A stretch of 64,000 bases of DNA from Pavona decussata (taxonomy: Eukaryota): contig CDRNST010000096.1 of assembly GCA_977016875.1 (NCBI GenBank), forward strand, positions 1,860,001 through 1,924,000, in the 5' to 3' direction. The notes under the pieces are model-generated. The model was not told the origin of the DNA, did no database searches, and saw nothing but the letters and a program-made list of their open reading frames with translations. How positions within the stretch are numbered: position 1 is the first letter of the stretch; the number at the start of each line of letters is the position of its first letter. Both the position numbers and the translations under genes were made by a program. Positions 59,280 to 64,000 of the stretch are shown here, one piece after another.

Positions 59280-60504
59280 TTGGAAATTAGTACATCTTAC
59301 AAAAGCATTAGCAAGGAGGAAAGTGTCCCTCAATCTTCTAGTCAAAGGAAAAGAAAAAGCAAGAACAGCCAAAACAGCGGATGCCAATCTATCTACCAGC
59401 AAGTGGGCCGCTTGGAGAATGTCGTGGGAGAAGAAACAAAAAGCAAATACATCCTTGAGTGACAAACAAATGGAAGACCTTACATCGTGAAGAAGCAATT
59501 ACAGTTGAAGAACACCTCAGAGCAATAATCAAGAACGACAGAAAACGCTTTGCTGAACATCCATTGAGCGATTCTGCAAAGCAAAATTTTCAACTTCTGT
59601 TAAGTAGATTTTGTCGAAAGTTTTCTACCCTGGCAGCAGAATCATTTAAGAATAACATTCCGTTTTACAGGAAAGCAGGGTTCTTGATTGTATGGATGAA
59701 ATTGTTAAGCAACTTCCATCCTGGAAAAACTTTGCACGAGAGAATATTACAGAATACAAACCACAAGTTCGATCAGCTATCAGTCCACAGAGTTTTAATG
59801 AATGTCATTCATGAAAATGTCTATTCACTGATTCACAAGCACGAGGCATGAAGAAAGCAGAAGCAAGCAACACAGGGGCATTGAATGCAACAACAAATTT
59901 GAAGAAAGAAACCGATGATGCATTGTATCGATATTATGGAACTTCTCTTCACCGCAAGATCAAACTTTGTAAAGAACATTGTTAGGGAAAAAAAGACAGG
60001 GTGAAATGTCGGATAAAAGAAAGCTGATCAAGAAACAAAAGTTAGAAATTCTCGGTGACCTTTTGTTGAAGGATAAAACTAAAATTCCACCAAGTTTGAA
60101 AACCCTGCATAAGGGAATTTAAAGTTTCCCAGGACTGAACCCCTTCCATTTTTAAGATCTGTGGACAAAGAGGTTCACGAATTTGCAACAGATTCTAACC
60201 TTAGAAAATATCCATCTATGTTTTTAACCATGTGTTAAAAAACACTCTCTTGAGCAATGAAACTCTGGAATTTCACTTTGGCATCCTCATTACATCAATT
60301 GTGGAGGCAGAAGTTGCGTCTGACTTACAAATTGTGAATGGACTTTACCAAGCATTGGTGTCTAAGCTGGCAAACACAAGGATCAACGAATTCATGAACG
60401 CTAGGATAGAAAGAGAACATAAAAATCAGGGAAAAGTTGTTGAAACAGACAAGATGCTTCAAATGTGTTTGAAAGCTTACGCTTTGGCGGCAAAACGCAA
60501 GTAA
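59280..60504 (+). pseudogene. Decayed uncharacterised, probably TE-borne protein
   Basis: Coding-like frames linked by frameshifts: FYRKAGFLIVWMKLL; DDALYRYYG; KFPRTEPLPFLRSVD; LVSKLANTRINEFM. Confidence 0.4.
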
Positions 60505-61215
60505 CTAATTTATTTCTATGCAAATACAGTTCTCTGTAGAATATTGTAGGAATCAGAAGGAATCATAAGCCTGTTTGCCTTTGTCAAAACATGGGATGCA
60601 TGCACACCTGAACTTCCAGTGGAACCATCATCTTTTTCACGTGTACGGTCTGCAAGTTTACCAGATTCAGATCCCAGTAATGCAGAAACTTCACCTTGTT
60701 CATCCTCAGCTGAAACAAGGAAAGAGGTGTGCTTCCCAAAGAGAAAGACAGACAAACATCTTCAAGAGACCATTGCCTAATAAGAAGTGTCTTTGAAATT
60801 ATCCAGTAAAAGAAGTTCTTTCATACTTGAGTGATCAGGCTCAAAAAACTCATGAACATGAATTCGTGACCAACAGCATCAGCCAATTCTCGTGGAGTTC
60901 ACGGAAGTGTAAGTATGCACTATGGTAAGTATATGCCATATTCTACTATCAGTCCAGCAGAGTTAATGTCCCAGAATGTTTGGCATTGATTTCTTGTGAT
61001 TGTGTTGTTGAGTTAATTGACATGCAATTGTCATGCCACAATGAGTTAATCACACTGTCAGAATAACAAAATGGGGGGAGTACTGGCACTTTAGGGATGG
61101 GCGTGACCATAGTTTGTTGCTTTCAACCTAATACTTTTTTAACCATTCGAACAGGGAACTGTCGTTTACAAGAAAAACAAAAAAGACAAACGTTCAGCTA
61201 GAAACAACTACACAG

Positions 61216-61310
61216 GCTTTGAATCCCGCTCAAGCCTGAAATTTTTCAGGCTTTCTTTTTGCAACGGCTGAAGTTGCATACTATCTGCAAGGATCTTTTT
61301 TCTATTTGAT
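61216..61310 (+). mobile_element. SINE-like repeat fragment
   Basis: TTGAATCCCGCTCAAGCCTGAAATTTTTCAGGCTT hairpin plus TGCAAC..GTTGCA. Confidence 0.55.
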
Positions 61311-61329
61311 ATACAGGCATAACTAACAT

Positions 61330-62108
61330 TACCCTGGGTGCCAGAGTCTTTTCATGCATGGTTTCCGGTTTTGAGTCTCCAAAGTGACCCAAGTGAAAAG
61401 CCTCTGGACAAAAGCATGATCCCTTTGATAGCGCTGAGCCAATTACAACCCTGCTTATACCCAACATCCAGAATCTGGATGTTTTGCTGATAGGTTCCTT
61501 GGAGACGTTGAATGTTTCAAATGCTCTGATTAAATAACAATCACAATAGGCGCATGGGCGGGATGCAGGTGATTTGAAGGTGACAAAAATCCATTCCAAA
61601 CAATCCAAGCACATTACATGTACGTTTTCCGCTTTTTACTTGCGAAGAGAATTGGAAATATCAAATGACTCTACGAACGGAAGATTTAAATAAGGCAATA
61701 GCCGAAGTCATTGGAACATTCAATGGTGTAAATTATTTGCAAAGGAAAGACATATTGCTGGTCTTGCCGACCGGCTATGGAAAATCACTGCTGTTTCAGT
61801 TCCTACCTGGCATATGCCAGCTACTTACCCAAAGAAAGCCATTATTTTAGTTACTGGCCAGTTGAACGCTCTTATTGAATCACACATGAGGGAGTTGGAG
61901 CAGAGAAGCATTTCATGTTCTTGTGCATGTGATTTCTGTAGGAAAACCGCCAGTTTGATTGACAGATTAGAGACAAGGTCAAAGTCCATCTAGCATAGTA
62001 AATCAAGGTGCTCTCCACCAGAGGCTTTTTCTTGCTAATTCGCTGCTTGTGCCTTTGGCCAACAAAGCTCCCCGTTGCACGCGAGAAAAACCTCTGGTAC
62101 CCAGGGTA
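61330..62108 (+). mobile_element. Academ(H)-like remnant with a RecQ-type helicase N-terminal fragment (61665-61920)
   Basis: KDILLVLPTGYGKSLLFQFLP (motif I) and LNALIESHMREL (motif Ia). Bounded by TACCCTGGGTGCCAGAG and CTCTGGTACCCAGGGTA; no TSD seen. Confidence 0.6.
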
Positions 62109-63144
62109 ACGCTGACAGCTACAACAAGAACTACAAAAACTTGGTAGGCGTATTCATATCAAACATTATGGTTTAAATTTTTTAAGACAATAACCCTTTT
62201 GTTGTCTCTCCGTAGGGATTTTTCTGTCCTGTTTCGCGAAATTATAATCGAGTCAAATTGGATTCAGTCTACAACTTGTTGCTGACGACAATTTTTTCTT
62301 AACGGTAGCCTACTTAAGAAAACGAAAACAAACTAACTGGGCGTACGTCAACAGGTTTGCCTAAGTTTTTGTCGTACCACACGCCCATGGTTTGGCCTAA
62401 CCCAGCCTTTATACGCTATGCTACTTTGAAAATGACTTCTGTTTAAAATTCGGGCGTGGCTTAATAATTATTTAACCAATTGCGCCTGGATCTATGAAAA
62501 TGATAAATGAAATCAGAACTGTTGTCGATTGGCAAGAAGACAAGTTTTTCTTTTTCACCTTTTCACGTTTAAATGATTTCACATTATCGCAAATCGTTCT
62601 ACTGCTAAAAAAAACAAAGAAAAGGAAGGAAGAAATACAGTGAAGACACACCGCTTTCTGTAGAGAGTGCATGAAAAGACGGGTTTACTTAAACTGTTGT
62701 TAGGCCTATTGTTTTTTGGCCTATTGAAGCAAGTAAACATTGCTGTTGAAGGTAAAACAATAGGTGCGTTTTTCGCACCTTTTTTCGTTTCAGTGATTTT
62801 ATTCTCCGGTTGGCCAAAAATTCTCAAGTAAAAATCTTTGTCGTTGCATTCATTGAGTAAAAAAAATGAGTGTGAAGGGTTTGGAATTGCCTGCGCAAAC
62901 CGTTGTTTTTTTCCCTTTTTTCGTGACGACTCCCTTCCTTGCGTGCACTAAGGTTTATCACAGATTTGTCTTTGATCCTTAACTACACCACGCTGTTCAA
63001 AGATAAACGGGGGTGGGCCATTCACTAATTGAGAGTATTGATTTGCAGTTGAAAAGTTCATTTAAATTTTAGTCATGAAGCTTGCATATAAAACTCTCGT
63101 AAACGCAAGTTATAATCACTTTATTGAGATAAGAGCAAAGAAAC

Positions 63145-63500
63145 ATGAGTAAGTCCTATGAAGTATCGAAAGTGGTCGATAAGCGTACACATGCTCATGG
63201 TCGCATTCAGCACCTCATTCGCTGGTGTGGCTATGGAAAGAACTACGATAGCTGGGTGGACAAGCAATACAAACGAGCGCCTAAAACAAGTGTTTAGGAC
63301 ATGCCACCAAGGAACTCCAGGCCCTCTGCAGGCCCTCTGCAGACCTTGGCAGTGTTGCAGAAAAGCTGAACATGAAGAAACTGCCAACAACCAGTATCGT
63401 GAGACGTGGGTCCGTCACCATGACGATGGATGCTGAGACCTTTAAAGAGTTGTTCGGTAGTCTTCCTTCCGTGCCAAATCTTTTGCGAGCCCATTCTCGA
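63145..63500 (+). pseudogene. Second chromodomain protein (intronless, frameshifted)
   Basis: ATG at 63145: MSKSYEVSKVVDKRTHAHGRIQHLIRWCGYGKNYDSWVD (this frame is not in the ORF track), then VAEKLNMKKLP..RRGSVTMTMDAETFKELFG. Confidence 0.8.
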
Positions 63501-64000
63501 GCTTGTTGCCATAATGACTGCCGGATGGCCATTAAACACTTGCACTTAGGACGCAAAAAAAGTGTTTTTTGATAATTCAGGGTGTTTGCGCTGTCAAAGC
63601 GGGAATGGAGCCCCTGTTGCTTGTAAAGACATGGTGCAGAAAGTTTAACTCTTTTAAAGGCACCGTGGGCGGAACAAGCAAGCCAAGGAAAAGCCCAAGG
63701 AGTGCATGGGACTAACCTGGGCGAAACCAAGATCAGTTGCCAAGTAGACAACAGTGACCTTCTGCTGGGTAGTCACTTAAACAAACGGCTCTTTAAGGAG
63801 CCACCAAATATAAGAAAGCGATGACCAACTCGAATGTGTGATACTCATTTATTTATCTTTTCTGGCCCTTTTTTATATTCGTTACTTGCCTTAAAAAAGA
63901 TCAGTATTCAAGCTGCTTCGATTTGAACCGAAAGTTTCCTGCGCCTCAATCGCACTGATTGTGTGCATCCCTGGGGTTGGTTTTATAATTATGTAACTCC

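Noticed and set aside
61330-62108. A single intact TIR element
   Set aside because: The ends are complementary, but there is no TSD and the right part looks like a self-contained short MITE. The boundary is left uncertain.
1-64000. Prokaryotic or contaminant origin suggested by the YR, IS630-like and DUF3987 genes
   Set aside because: GT-AG introns, poly-A-tailed LINEs, SINEs and Penelope elements show a metazoan nuclear genome.

Overview
Eukaryotic, ~39% GC, intron-containing DNA. The repeat families suggest a cnidarian, probably a stony coral; this is inference from recalled repeat sequences. No intact host gene is visible: the window is a dense, nested graveyard of transposable elements. 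In order, it contains a near-complete PAT-like DIRS tyrosine-recombinase retrotransposon with split direct repeats, a Helitron/Helentron interrupted by a LINE and a complete Harbinger, L1/Tx1 and CR1/L2-type LINE pieces, and a Zator-like two-ORF transposon. These are followed by a DUF3987 ATPase, a Pro-rich GCR1_C-like ORF, several Penelope-like elements with hammerhead ribozymes, a spliced IS630/Tc1-like transposase, and a spliced Kolobok-like transposase. The last third holds an RPA1-like SSB, a 12-exon RAG1/Transib-like transposase, two chromodomain genes and Academ remnants, with many MITEs and SINEs throughout. The most interesting observations are: (1) RAG1/Transib-like transposases sitting tail-to-tail with a chromodomain/unknown-domain partner gene instead of RAG2; (2) a candidate programmed -1 frameshift (G_GAT_TTT plus stem-loop) in the Zator-like DNA transposon; (3) a strong plus-strand bias of independent TE insertions, resembling a uni-strand piRNA cluster; (4) all three DIRS ORFs opening at phase-0 splice acceptors. 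Family assignments come from motif recognition only; no searches were run.
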